Positions 10,757 to 20,559 of a stretch of 64,000 bases of DNA are shown here, one piece after another. Within the stretch, counting starts at the first letter, position 1. Every line of letters begins with the position of its first letter. The notes below the pieces were generated by a model. That model saw only the letters and a list, made by a program, of their open reading frames with translations. It did no database searches and was not told where the DNA came from. Origin of the DNA: an uncultured Chthonomonadaceae bacterium (GTDB lineage: Bacteria > Armatimonadota > Chthonomonadetes > Chthonomonadales > Chthonomonadaceae); NCBI GenBank assembly GCA_963835065.1, contig CAWIEK010000003.1, positions 1 to 64,000 on the forward strand, given 5' to 3'. The translations under genes and the position numbers were made by a program.

Positions 10757-13192
10757 ATGACAACCCTGAATGTTGCCGAGGCACACCCCGCCGATGTTTC
10801 CCATGCTACTAACGGGGCGCTGCAAACGTCGCAGGACATGCAGCCGCTGGATGCTGCGGAATTGCGGGCTATGAACGCCTACTGGCGCGCGGCCAATTAC
10901 CTTTCCGTCGGGCAAATCTATCTGCTGGACAATCCCCTGCTGCGCGAACCGCTCACGCTTGCGCATGTCAAGCCACGCCTGCTCGGACATTGGGGCACAA
11001 CGCCCGGCCTGAACTTCCTTTACGCTCACGTCAACCGCATTATTAAAAAGTATGACCTGAGCATCCTTAACATCACAGGGCCGGGACATGGCGGGCCGGG
11101 GATTGTCGCCAACACCTATCTGGAAGGCACGTATACCGAACGGTTTCCCAACATCACGCAGGACGCGGAAGGAATTCACAAACTGTTTCGGCAGTTTTCG
11201 TTTCCGGGCGGGATTCCAAGCCACTGCGCCCCGGAAACGCCCGGTTCCATCCACGAGGGCGGCGAATTGGGCTACTCCCTCAGCCATGCGTATGGAGCCG
11301 CGTTCGACAATCCCGACTTGATTGTTGTCTGCACGATTGGCGACGGCGAAGCGGAAACCGGGCCACTGGCGGCAAGCTGGCACGGCAACAAATTTCTCAA
11401 TCCCGTTGGAGATGGAGCCGTGCTGCCGATTCTGCACCTGAACGGCTATAAAATCGCCAATCCCACCCTGCTTGCCCGCATGAGCGACGCGGAACTGGAA
11501 CATTTATTTCTCGGCTATGGCTACAAGCCCTACTTTGTGGAGGGCGATGAGCCGGAACACATGCACCAGTTGATGGCCGCGACTCTGGATACAATCGTTG
11601 GCGAAATCAAAGCCATACAGCGCAAAGCGCGGGTTGAGGGCGACACGTCGCGCCCGCAGTGGCCGATGATCGTCATGCGAACGCTCAAAGGCTGGACGGG
11701 GCCGAAAACGGTAGACGGTAAGAAAACCGAAGGGTTCTGGCGCTCCCATCAAGTCCCGATGGAGGACATGAGCAAGCCGGAGCATCTGCAAATACTGGAA
11801 GACTGGCTGAAAAGCTACAAGCCCGAAGAACTTTTTGACGCGAACGGTACGCTTCTGCCCGAACTCGCCGCGCTTGCGCCGCAGGGCGAACGCCGTTTGG
11901 GGGCCACGCCCTACGCTAATGGCGGGTTATTGCTCAAAGACCTGCATCTGCCCGATTTTCGCGCGTATGCCGTAGATGTTTCCGCGCCGGGCACGACCAA
12001 TGCGGAAGCCACGCGCATCATGGGGCAATTCCTGCGCGACGTGATGAAGCAGAATCTGGAAAGCCGCAACTTCCGCGTTTTGTCGCCCGATGAAAACAAT
12101 TCCAACCGCCTGAATGCTGTTCTGGACGCTACCAATCGGGCGTGGGAAGAAGAGGTTTACGATTACGATGATCATCTGGCGCGGGACGGGCGCGTGATGG
12201 AGATTCTGAGCGAGCATACCTGTCAGGGCTGGCTGGAAGGCTATCTGCTGACGGGGCGGCACGGTTTTTTTTCCTGTTATGAGGCATTTATCCACATCGT
12301 AGACAGCATGTTCAACCAACACGCCAAGTGGCTCGAATCGTCCCGGCACGTTCCCTGGCGCCGCAATATCGCGTCCCTCAACTACCTGCTCACGTCGCAC
12401 GTCTGGCGGCAGGACCACAACGGCTTTTCGCATCAGGACCCCGGCTTTATTGACCATGTGATGAACAAAAAGCCGACAGTGGTGCGGGTCTATTTACCGC
12501 CCGACGCCAACACCCTGCTGTCCGTGACGGATCACTGTTTGCGCAGCCGGCAGTATGTGAACGTGATTGTGGCGGGCAAGCAGCCGGCCTTGCAGTATCT
12601 GAACATGGACGCGGCCGTTCTGCACTGTACGCGGGGCATCGGGATGTGGGAATGGGCAAGCAACGATCCTGACGGTGAGCCGGATGTGGTTCTCGCCTGC
12701 GCGGGTGACATACCCACGCTGGAAATCCTCGCCGCGACAAGCATTTTGCGCCAGAACTGCCCCACCTTGAAAATGCGGGTCGTCAACGTGGTAGACCTGA
12801 TGAAACTGCTGCCCAACACCGAACATCCGCACGGCCTGAGCGACAGCGATTTCAACGCCCTGTTCACGCCCAACAAGCCCGTGATTTTCGCGTATCACGG
12901 CTACCCATGGCTGATTCATCGCCTGACCTATCGCCGCGTCAACCACGCCAACATCCATGTGCGCGGCTACAAGGAAAACGGCACGACCACCACGCCTTTC
13001 GATATGTGCGTCCTCAACGAAATTGACCGCTTCCATCTGGCAATGGATGTCATAGACCGCGTTCCTTCCCTCGGATATCGCGCGGCTACGCTCAAGCAAA
13101 TGCTGCAGGACAAACTGATCGCCCACAATCATTATATCCGGGAGCGCGGCGTAGACATGCCGGAAGTCCACGACTGGCAATGGCCGCACTGA
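10757..13192 (+). CDS. xfp: Phosphoketolase (xylulose-5-P/fructose-6-P)
   Basis: [29 protein letters not shown] and [22 protein letters not shown]. Confidence 0.95.
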   Translation: MTTLNVAEAHPADVSHATNGALQTSQDMQPLDAAELRAMNAYWRAANYLSVGQIYLLDNPLLREPLTLAHVKPRLLGHWGTTPGLNFLYAHVNRIIKKYDLSILNITGPGHGGPGIVANTYLEGTYTERFPNITQDAEGIHKLFRQFSFPGGIPSHCAPETPGSIHEGGELGYSLSHAYGAAFDNPDLIVVCTIGDGEAETGPLAASWHGNKFLNPVGDGAVLPILHLNGYKIANPTLLARMSDAELEHLFLGYGYKPYFVEGDEPEHMHQLMAATLDTIVGEIKAIQRKARVEGDTSRPQWPMIVMRTLKGWTGPKTVDGKKTEGFWRSHQVPMEDMSKPEHLQILEDWLKSYKPEELFDANGTLLPELAALAPQGERRLGATPYANGGLLLKDLHLPDFRAYAVDVSAPGTTNAEATRIMGQFLRDVMKQNLESRNFRVLSPDENNSNRLNAVLDATNRAWEEEVYDYDDHLARDGRVMEILSEHTCQGWLEGYLLTGRHGFFSCYEAFIHIVDSMFNQHAKWLESSRHVPWRRNIASLNYLLTSHVWRQDHNGFSHQDPGFIDHVMNKKPTVVRVYLPPDANTLLSVTDHCLRSRQYVNVIVAGKQPALQYLNMDAAVLHCTRGIGMWEWASNDPDGEPDVVLACAGDIPTLEILAATSILRQNCPTLKMRVVNVVDLMKLLPNTEHPHGLSDSDFNALFTPNKPVIFAYHGYPWLIHRLTYRRVNHANIHVRGYKENGTTTTPFDMCVLNEIDRFHLAMDVIDRVPSLGYRAATLKQMLQDKLIAHNHYIRERGVDMPEVHDWQWPH

Positions 13193-13437
13193 TTTTTGCA
13201 GCGAGACGAACTTTTGCAGCGAAAAGGGAGGCTCTAACGGACGCGGGTACAAACTATCGTTTTCCCGTCAGCAGGCGCGCGAGGTCGGGACGGCCTAACT
13301 TCGCCGTCGTTTCATAAAAGCCGCTTTCTTGCTGCCGGAGCAGCGCAAACAGTGTTGGTTCCGCCAGCTTCGTTCGCCGGATGAGGGTAGAAGCTAACGC
13401 TGATGTTTGCCTATAAGGGTTCTTACAGCGCAATAAT

Positions 13438-14259
13438 TCAGAGTTCGATAACCTGCCCGTCGTAGGCGAGTTCGACGTTGGGAGGACATTCCGCGTTGGC
13501 GGCGTCGTGGTCGAAGTGGTGGGACAGGTGCGTGAGCAGGGCGCGTTTGGGCTGGAGTTCGGCGATGATTTCCAGCGCCTGATAAAAGCCGAAGTGCGTG
13601 GAATGGGGTTCGTAGCGCACCGCGTCTAAAATCAGCAAATCCAGGCCGCGCAGTTTAGCCATCGAATCCGGCGGAATAAAATTAACATCGGTGCAGTACG
13701 CGAAACTGCGGGCGGAAGTATGCGGCGTTTGGGGCTGGTCGAAGCGGTAGGAAAGAACGGGCAATTTGCCGTGCATCACATAGAAGGAGTGGATGTCAAG
13801 CCCGAACAGAGGAAATTCCGCGTCCACTTCATGCAGCGACAGGCGCGGCTTGCCCCCGCCTAACTGCCCCGTGTCTCGAAAGATGTAGGGATAAATGCGG
13901 CGTATCTCGTTGAGCGTGGCCGGATCGCCGTATACAGGAATCTCCACGTCGTACAGGTCGTTGAAGCGGCGCATGTCGTCCAAGCCCATGACGTGATCGG
14001 CGTGGGTGTGCGTGAACAGCACGGCGTCCACCTTGCGCAGCCCGAACGTCAGGGATTGCAGCCGCAGTTCCGGCGTAGTATCTACGAGAATGGTTTGCTC
14101 GCCCGCGTGTCCGGCAGCGTTGCTCTGCGGCGTAGTCGTCACGGCAATAGAGGAGCGAAACCGCTTGTTTTTGGGGTTGGAAGATTGGCAGACGGCGCAA
14201 TCACAGCCAATCATAGGAACGCCATGCGACGTGCCACTTCCTAAAACAGTTATTTTCAA
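13438..14259 (-). CDS. MBL-fold metallo-hydrolase (PhnP/lipoyltransferase-associated type)
   Basis: LGSGTSHGVPMIGCDCAVC, THTHADHVMG, THLSH. Confidence 0.9.
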   Translation of the reverse strand: MKITVLGSGTSHGVPMIGCDCAVCQSSNPKNKRFRSSIAVTTTPQSNAAGHAGEQTILVDTTPELRLQSLTFGLRKVDAVLFTHTHADHVMGLDDMRRFNDLYDVEIPVYGDPATLNEIRRIYPYIFRDTGQLGGGKPRLSLHEVDAEFPLFGLDIHSFYVMHGKLPVLSYRFDQPQTPHTSARSFAYCTDVNFIPPDSMAKLRGLDLLILDAVRYEPHSTHFGFYQALEIIAELQPKRALLTHLSHHFDHDAANAECPPNVELAYDGQVIEL

Positions 14260-14333
14260 AACATTCTCTGTTTAATGTGTTCCCCTTCTCCTAACTTTGG
14301 GAGAAGGGGCCAGGGGTTGGGGGCGTTTTATTT

Positions 14334-15407
14334 TCAAATGGTAATCACCCGTCCTGTTGTTGCCGATTCGTATGCCGCTTCCACCACTTCCACGACATGC
14401 GCGCCGTGTTCGCCGGGCGAAAACAGCTTGCCCCGCCCCTGAATGGTGTCTACAAAATTGGTGATCGGGCCGGGTACGGGCAGCAGGTCGGCCTCCTTGA
14501 AGCGGCGATGTTCCTGTCCGTGAAACATAATGTCGGTATCGAAGTCGAACCCGCTTACGGTCACGGTTCCGCCTGTTGCGCCATAAACGTTGCGAACGCG
14601 GCGCGTAGGCATTTTGCTGTCGCCGATACTTGTAATCGTTGCCGTCGCGCCGTTGTCCATTTCCAGACTGAGCGACACGCGCAGGTCGGTGGGCGTGGTA
14701 TCCATCAGGGCGGACACCCGGCGGGCGCGTAATCCCGTTACCCACAGCAATTGTGAAACCAGATGCGAACCGCCGTCCTGAAAATAGCCGCCACCGTTGA
14801 GTTCCGGGTCGGCGCGAAACAGGGTTGGCGGCACGACGCCCACGCCGCTTGTCGGCATGGGCGCGCGCCCGAAGACGAATTCCGCGTTGCCCGTCCAGTA
14901 GATCGCGGCGGCTTCCAACGCGCCCATCTTTTCGTCTTTGAGCGCGCGGCGTATCTGATGGCAGTGCGCCCAGAACGGCGGGTTGAGGGCGACTCCGAGT
15001 TTGAGATTGCGCTCGTTCGCCAGCGTGACCAATTTGCGCGCGTCCTCGCTACGCACGGTCATAGGCTTTTCCAGCAGAACATGCAGCCCGGCTTCCAGGG
15101 CGGCCTGCGCCATTTCAAAATGCAGGGAGTTGGGGGTGGCGATTAAAACGGCGTCCAATTCCGCGTGGGCCAGCATCTCCTGCCAGTCGGCATACGCCTG
15201 TTCGTTCGGCACATGGAAGTGCGCCGCCATCGCCGCCCGCGCGTCCGCGTCCCGGCGGCACAGCGCGGCCACCTGCACATGCGGGTTGTTGACGGCTTCG
15301 GGCAAATGCCGCCGCGACACGAACGACCCCGCGCCCAGCACTCCCAAACGAACCGGCTCCTGTGCCGCTCCGTCCGCCTGCTTCATCGCTGTTCCCGCAT
15401 CCGTCAT
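14334..15407 (-). CDS. Gfo/Idh/MocA family oxidoreductase
   Basis: GVLGAG, IATPNSLH, HVLLEKPM. Confidence 0.85.
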   Translation of the reverse strand: MTDAGTAMKQADGAAQEPVRLGVLGAGSFVSRRHLPEAVNNPHVQVAALCRRDADARAAMAAHFHVPNEQAYADWQEMLAHAELDAVLIATPNSLHFEMAQAALEAGLHVLLEKPMTVRSEDARKLVTLANERNLKLGVALNPPFWAHCHQIRRALKDEKMGALEAAAIYWTGNAEFVFGRAPMPTSGVGVVPPTLFRADPELNGGGYFQDGGSHLVSQLLWVTGLRARRVSALMDTTPTDLRVSLSLEMDNGATATITSIGDSKMPTRRVRNVYGATGGTVTVSGFDFDTDIMFHGQEHRRFKEADLLPVPGPITNFVDTIQGRGKLFSPGEHGAHVVEVVEAAYESATTGRVITI

Positions 15408-15433
15408 AGCGCGCTCCTTTTGTTTATTTTAGC

Positions 15434-15473
15434 AACACCTGAACACCTGAACACCTGAACACCCAACACCTGA
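15434..15473. repeat. Short tandem repeat (AACACCTG)n
   Basis: aacacctgaacacctgaacacctgaacacccaacacctga; similar run at 37357-37388. Confidence 0.85.
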
Positions 15474-15474
15474 A

Positions 15475-16167
15475 TCATTCGAGCGCGTTCAAAATCGCCA
15501 GGCTGGCGCTCGTTCCCAAGCGGTTCGCGCCCGCTTCGATCATGGCTAAGGCCGTTGGCAGGTCGCGGATGCCGCCCGCCGCTTTTACGCCGCACCGCGC
15601 GCCCGCAATGCCGCGCAGCAGGCGGACGTCTTCAACGGTTGCGCCATGCGAAGCGAAGCCCGTTGAGGTTTTCACGAACGCCGCGCCGCTTGCCGCCACC
15701 ATTTCGGTTACGCGCTTTTTTTCTTCGTCCGTCAGCAAGGCGCACTCGATAATGACTTTGACTGCCGCGCCCGCTTGCGCCGCCACCTGAACGACGCTTT
15801 GTATATCGTTTTCAACCGCCTGCCACATTTGCGACTTCACCGCGCCGATGTTAATGACCATATCCAGTTCGTTCGCGCCTTGCCGCATCGCTTCCTCGGC
15901 CTCGAATACTTTCACTGCCGTCGCGTTCGCGCCGTGCGGAAACCCGATGACCGTACACACCAGAACGCCGGTATCTTCCAGTTCCGCCGCGCACAGCCCG
16001 ACCCAACACGGCTGTACGCACACGGACGCGAATTTGTGCTGCCGCGCTTCCGCGCAAAGCTGCTGTATCGCCGCAAGGGGCGCGTCCGGCTTCAGCACCG
16101 TATGGTCAATCATGGCGGCAAGTTCCTGAGCGTTCAAAACCGATCTCCTGCTTCCGGGTATGGTCAA
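15475..16167 (-). CDS. deoC: Deoxyribose-phosphate aldolase
   Basis: IDHTVLKP, VIGFPHG, ELDMVINIG, FVKTSTGF, KAAGGIR. Confidence 0.95.
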   Translation of the reverse strand: MTIPGSRRSVLNAQELAAMIDHTVLKPDAPLAAIQQLCAEARQHKFASVCVQPCWVGLCAAELEDTGVLVCTVIGFPHGANATAVKVFEAEEAMRQGANELDMVINIGAVKSQMWQAVENDIQSVVQVAAQAGAAVKVIIECALLTDEEKKRVTEMVAASGAAFVKTSTGFASHGATVEDVRLLRGIAGARCGVKAAGGIRDLPTALAMIEAGANRLGTSASLAILNALE

Positions 16168-16183
16168 CCCGCGTAGAAAATTC

Positions 16184-16981
16184 TTATTTGGTTGCTTGCT
16201 TTAAGGCGCGGACGTATTCGCGGATGTGGACAATCAAATCGGGCGATTCGCGCTCCCGGTGAATCAGGTCCACGAGGGAACTGCCGACAACCACGCCATC
16301 CGCAATCGCGCTGATGCGCCGGACGTGTTCCGGTTGGGAAATGCCAAAGCCCACGCACACGGGGAGCGAAGACGCGGCTTTGATGCGCGTCACCACATCC
16401 GTCAATTCTGTGGGTACATCCTGCCGCGCGCCCGTCACGCCGGTACGCGACACGCAGTACAGAAAGCCGGACGACAACTGCGCAACCGTTCCGATGCGGG
16501 CCGGAGTGCTTGTCGGGGCAAGCAGGAAGACCGTATCCAGATCGTTCGCCTGCGAAATGCGCTTCCAATCGCCGGACTCTTCGGGCGTCAGGTCGGTGAC
16601 GATATGGGCATCCGCGCCCGCGTTTTTGGCGTCTTGCGCATACGCTTCCAGCCCGTAGCGCAGCAGAGGATTGTAATACGTCATTAAAATCAGGGGCAAA
16701 TCCGGCGCGGCCTGCCGGACCTGACGTACCACGTCCAGCGTTTTGCGCGTGGTCATGCCGCCGCCCAGCGCGCGCTGCGACGACGCCTGTATGCTCGGCC
16801 CGTCGGCAAGGGGATCGCTGAACGCAATGCCGATTTCGACAGCATCCGCGCCCGCTTCGCCCAATGCGACGATGATTTCCGCCGCGCGCTCAAACGACGG
16901 ATCGCCCGCCGTAACAAAGCACACCAGCGCCTTTTCGCCCCGCGCCTTCAATTGTTCAAACCGTTCCGAAAGTCGCGTCAA
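16184..16981 (-). CDS. trpA: Tryptophan synthase alpha chain
   Basis: VTAGDP, FSDPLADGPSIQ, MTYYNP, SRTGVTG, GFGIS. Confidence 0.97.
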   Translation of the reverse strand: MTRLSERFEQLKARGEKALVCFVTAGDPSFERAAEIIVALGEAGADAVEIGIAFSDPLADGPSIQASSQRALGGGMTTRKTLDVVRQVRQAAPDLPLILMTYYNPLLRYGLEAYAQDAKNAGADAHIVTDLTPEESGDWKRISQANDLDTVFLLAPTSTPARIGTVAQLSSGFLYCVSRTGVTGARQDVPTELTDVVTRIKAASSLPVCVGFGISQPEHVRRISAIADGVVVGSSLVDLIHRERESPDLIVHIREYVRALKQATK

Positions 16982-17523
16982 ATCAGTACCTCATCTGAGA
17001 GAGTTTCCTCAAAATGCAACTCCTGTTCACTATGTTTTGCAGACGCAAACCCATTTTGAGGCGCGGGCATTTCAACTTGTGTATGTTTGTGCCGCTTTTG
17101 GTAATCTTTTAGGTCTGCGCGCAACTTGTAGTAGCTGTTCCAACCGTTTACATCGCCTGCCGGCAACATGCGGGGAAGCCAGTACAAGGCCATGTCAACC
17201 GCTTCGGGAGTATCCTGCAATGATTGGTTCAGCAAGTAGATAACACGTTTGAATCCTAAATGAGGCGCAACAGTCTCCAGCCAGTTGTGGATGGAACTTG
17301 CGTCAGCTTGCTGCAATCCTTGATGCAGGAGAGTGACAAAGTTTTTGTTGTCTCTTAAACAGGTATGTGCCAGTTGCAAACCTACGACAACGTGTTTGCG
17401 TAAAGCCTGCTGAATGTACTCAAATCGTTCCGCCTCAGGCATTTGCCGTAACAGCGAGGCTAATTCTCGTTCGCGCTGTGTATCACGCCGTCTGCCAATG
17501 TAATCTTCAAGCTGCAGTTCCAT
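16978..17523 (-). CDS. Hypothetical protein inserted between trpB and trpA
   Basis: ~181-aa ORF with SD GAGGGTG, AT-richer than its neighbours; stop codon overlaps the trpA start. Confidence 0.65.
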   Translation of the reverse strand: MELQLEDYIGRRRDTQRERELASLLRQMPEAERFEYIQQALRKHVVVGLQLAHTCLRDNKNFVTLLHQGLQQADASSIHNWLETVAPHLGFKRVIYLLNQSLQDTPEAVDMALYWLPRMLPAGDVNGWNSYYKLRADLKDYQKRHKHTQVEMPAPQNGFASAKHSEQELHFEETLSDEVLI

Positions 17524-17739
17524 GATCACCCTCACTCTTCTGGCAAACCCCTTGTTGAGACACGGTGAAACCTATTTGTGGCTTCTGGCAAACTCCTCCT
17601 GTGGAACAACTGCCCACGAATTCCAGCCATTTTCCGTTTCTGTACTCCAGAAGCGCGCTTGAAAACAGCAGGACATCGTGAGGACGTAAGTTTCGGAACC
17701 AAGTGCTCACCATTTCATATCTCTATGAACTGCTGAGGG

Positions 17740-19050
17740 CTATGCCAGTTCCAGTTCCTTGATGACGGTGTTCATGTCTTTATCGCCCCTGCCGGAGCAG
17801 TTTACAATCACGACGGTTTTGGGCGTGAGCAGGTTTTGGGCTTTCATTTTTTCCAGATACGCGAAGGCGTGAGCGGTTTCCAGAGCGGTGATAATGCCTT
17901 CGTTGCGGGCCAGCCATTGCAGGGCGTTGAGGGCGTCGCTGTCCGTCACCGCAACATATTGGGCGCGCTGCGTGTCTTTAAGATAGCTGTGTTCCGGTCC
18001 GACGCCGGGATAATCGAGTCCGGCGGAAATGGAGTGCGAGGGCGCGACCTGCCCGTCCGCGTCCTGAATCAAATAGCTGGCCGAACCCTGAAACACGCCG
18101 GGCGTCCCGGCTGTCAGGGGAGCGCAATGCCGCCCGGTTTCAATGCCTTCGCCCGCCGCTTCAATGCCGATCAGTTTGACATTTGTATCCTGAACGAAGG
18201 GGTAAAAAATACCCATCGCGTTGGAGCCGCCGCCCACGCAGGCCAGAATATAGTCCGGTAAGCGCCCTTCCCGGTTCTGAATTTGCTGCCGCGCTTCGCG
18301 GCCAATCACAGACTGAAAATCGCGCACGAGCATCGGGTACGGGTGCGGGCCGACAACCGAGCCGATGATGTAATGCGTGTTGCGCACGTTTGTCACCCAA
18401 TCGCGCATGGCCTCATTCGTCGCGTCTTTCAGCGTTTTCGTGCCGCTCGTGACCGTAATCACCCGCGCGCCCATCAGTTTCATGCGGCTGACATTGAGCG
18501 ACTGCCGATGCACGTCTTCCTCGCCCATGTACACGTCACATTCCAGGCCGAAGCGGGCGCACACGGTTGCCGTCGCCACGCCATGCTGCCCCGCGCCGGT
18601 TTCGGCAATGATGCGCGGCTTGCCCATGCGCCGCGCCAACAATATCTGGCCGACGGTGTTGTTAATTTTGTGCGCGCCCGTGTGGCACAAGTCCTCGCGC
18701 TTCACGTAGATTTTGGCGTTGTAAAGCTGCGAAAGGCGTTCCGCGAAATACAGCGGGGTCGCGCGTCCGACGAAATCGCGCAGGTAGCCGTCCAATTCTA
18801 TTTGAAACGCAGGGTCGGACTGGGCTTTGGCGTACTCGGCGGACAGTTCATCCAGCGCGGGGATCAGCGTTTCCGGCACAAAGCGCCCGCCGTGCGCGCC
18901 AAAGCGTCCATTCGCGTCGGGCACGAGGCCGGCCCATGCGGACGGGGCGGGCAAGTCGGCGGCAAGGACGGATTCAAGCGCGTTCTCAACAACCATGTTG
19001 GCGGCAGAAAACTCGGCGGAAACGGCGGGAGCGGCGTAAGTGTCGGGCAT
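17740..19050 (-). CDS. trpB: Tryptophan synthase beta chain
   Basis: [52 protein letters not shown]. Confidence 0.97.
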   Translation of the reverse strand: MPDTYAAPAVSAEFSAANMVVENALESVLAADLPAPSAWAGLVPDANGRFGAHGGRFVPETLIPALDELSAEYAKAQSDPAFQIELDGYLRDFVGRATPLYFAERLSQLYNAKIYVKREDLCHTGAHKINNTVGQILLARRMGKPRIIAETGAGQHGVATATVCARFGLECDVYMGEEDVHRQSLNVSRMKLMGARVITVTSGTKTLKDATNEAMRDWVTNVRNTHYIIGSVVGPHPYPMLVRDFQSVIGREARQQIQNREGRLPDYILACVGGGSNAMGIFYPFVQDTNVKLIGIEAAGEGIETGRHCAPLTAGTPGVFQGSASYLIQDADGQVAPSHSISAGLDYPGVGPEHSYLKDTQRAQYVAVTDSDALNALQWLARNEGIITALETAHAFAYLEKMKAQNLLTPKTVVIVNCSGRGDKDMNTVIKELELA

Positions 19051-19184
19051 AATCGGGTAACTCCTGAAAAATAGGGCTGTTTGTAGCTCCACAAGCGCGG
19101 CGCGGCAAACATGCCCTCATTATACTCTGCATTGGCGGCAAATGCCAGAACGCCCGAACACCCTTCTTAGGGTAAAATACGTTT

Positions 19185-19722
19185 ATGGCACACAATAATC
19201 AACTACAGCTTCCTGATGCAGAGGTGGAAACACATTACGTCAGTACGCGCGTGTGGCAAACCGCGCGCCCGCGTATTCTGATCGTGGCGTGTTCCGATGG
19301 GCGCTACCAGCAAAGCCTGGACGAGTTTCTCAACAATCATCTGGACATCACCCATTATGACCGCCTTTACGCGCCGGGCGGGCCGGGCGCGCTGGCTTCC
19401 TCCACGCTGTCCTATTTTCGCGGCGAACAGTTTCGCCAGGAGTCCGCGTTTCTGGTGGACGCGCACGGACTTGGAAGAGATTATTTTTATTTTTCACGGC
19501 CCCGCGCCTAAAACGGGGCCACCGGAAGCGACATGCGCGGATTACCGCCGCAAAATGCTGTGGGCCGACACGCAGGAGATTTATAAGCAGCAGGAAGCGG
19601 ATTTGCAGGAAGCGGTACGGGCGGTGCTGAAGGCCAACAAGGATATTCTGATAAGCGCGTTCCGGGCGGAAGTGAGAGCCGATATGCGGGTAGAATTCGT
19701 TCCGCTGAAGGTTGGCGAATAA
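19185..19722 (+). CDS. Beta-carbonic-anhydrase-like small protein; frameshift near 19470
   Basis: IVACSDGRY, YAPGGPG and IFHG...ATCAD split over ORFs 19185-19511 and 19297-19722. Confidence 0.6.
19641..19722 (+). repeat. Imperfect direct repeat, copy A (3' end of the CA-like gene)
   Basis: GCGTTCCGGGCGGAAGTG...GCGGGTAGAATT..TTCCGCTGAAGGTTG recurs at 24589-24671. Confidence 0.85.
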
Positions 19723-19928
19723 CAAAGCGTATAAGATCGGCTGGCTTGTTTGCGCGTCAAGGATGGTTTTACATGAATACCGTTCCGGCTCATAGCGTTG
19801 TTCGTTGTTGTATGCAGCACCTCGGAGGGCAGTTTGGGGTTCGTAAATCTAGAACTTCTCGAACCAGCGGGAAGCCCAACTCTTGCAAACGGGAAGTCCT
19901 GCAAATCCATCGGGAAACGGGTAGGTAG

Positions 19929-20154
19929 AAAAAAAGATATGTAGAGGCATCGTCGAAATCTTGGCAATACAGCGCTTCCAGCCCGATGTCTCGTTGTGTC
20001 TGGTTGTAGGAGAGAGGTGTCGTGGCCTCCGCAGCGTCAGGGCGAACGGGAGGGGTGAAACATAGGCTTTGCACCTCCCTTCCTGTACGGATCGTACTTG
20101 TCTATCTAGTAGACACTTATACTGTATAGACAGGCAGTGTGGGGCAAAGGTTTC
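19929..20154 (-). ncRNA. Copy 2 of the three-copy promoter/micro-ORF/RNA element
   Basis: GAAACC(20154-20149)-N16-TGTCTA(20132-20127); SD 20081-20072; micro-ORF 20063-20037; conserved 3' block and T-tract. Confidence 0.7.
20037..20063 (-). CDS. Putative micro-peptide MFHPSRSP
   Basis: SD AAGGGAGGTG 8 nt upstream; paralogous to 258-287 and 35614-35640. Confidence 0.5.
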   Translation of the reverse strand: MFHPSRSP

Positions 20155-20559
20155 CATTTTTCTACCTTGTTCGGCTCTTTTTTTATCTGTTTTTCTGTTT
20201 CTTTATTTGGCTGGATTGTTGCTGTTGGCATAGTGGGGGAATTGGGAGGAGACGCTTGCTTGATGTCTGTAACTCTATCACTTCCCAGCGGGCACAAGAG
20301 GTTGTGTCCCTGCGTTCGGGAATTTATACTTTTACAGATCTTTAACAGGATGCGCTTTTGCAAATGCAGGCGGAAGGGCATAAGCGGCTGGAATCGTTTT
20401 TGTTTGAGCCGTATGTTTCCCGCGCCGCAGCAATGCTGTGGTAACGACAACACGACTTTTGATGGTGCTATGCTGTTTGAAAATGAGGCGATGCGACTGA
20501 TACAGACTATCAATATTTTGTTTGTAGAGTGTATAACGTGAGAAAAGGAGTGAGAAAAG

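Noticed and set aside
17507..17713. 68-aa ORF upstream of the inserted gene in the trp operon
   Set aside because: No recognisable motif or convincing SD; likely spurious.
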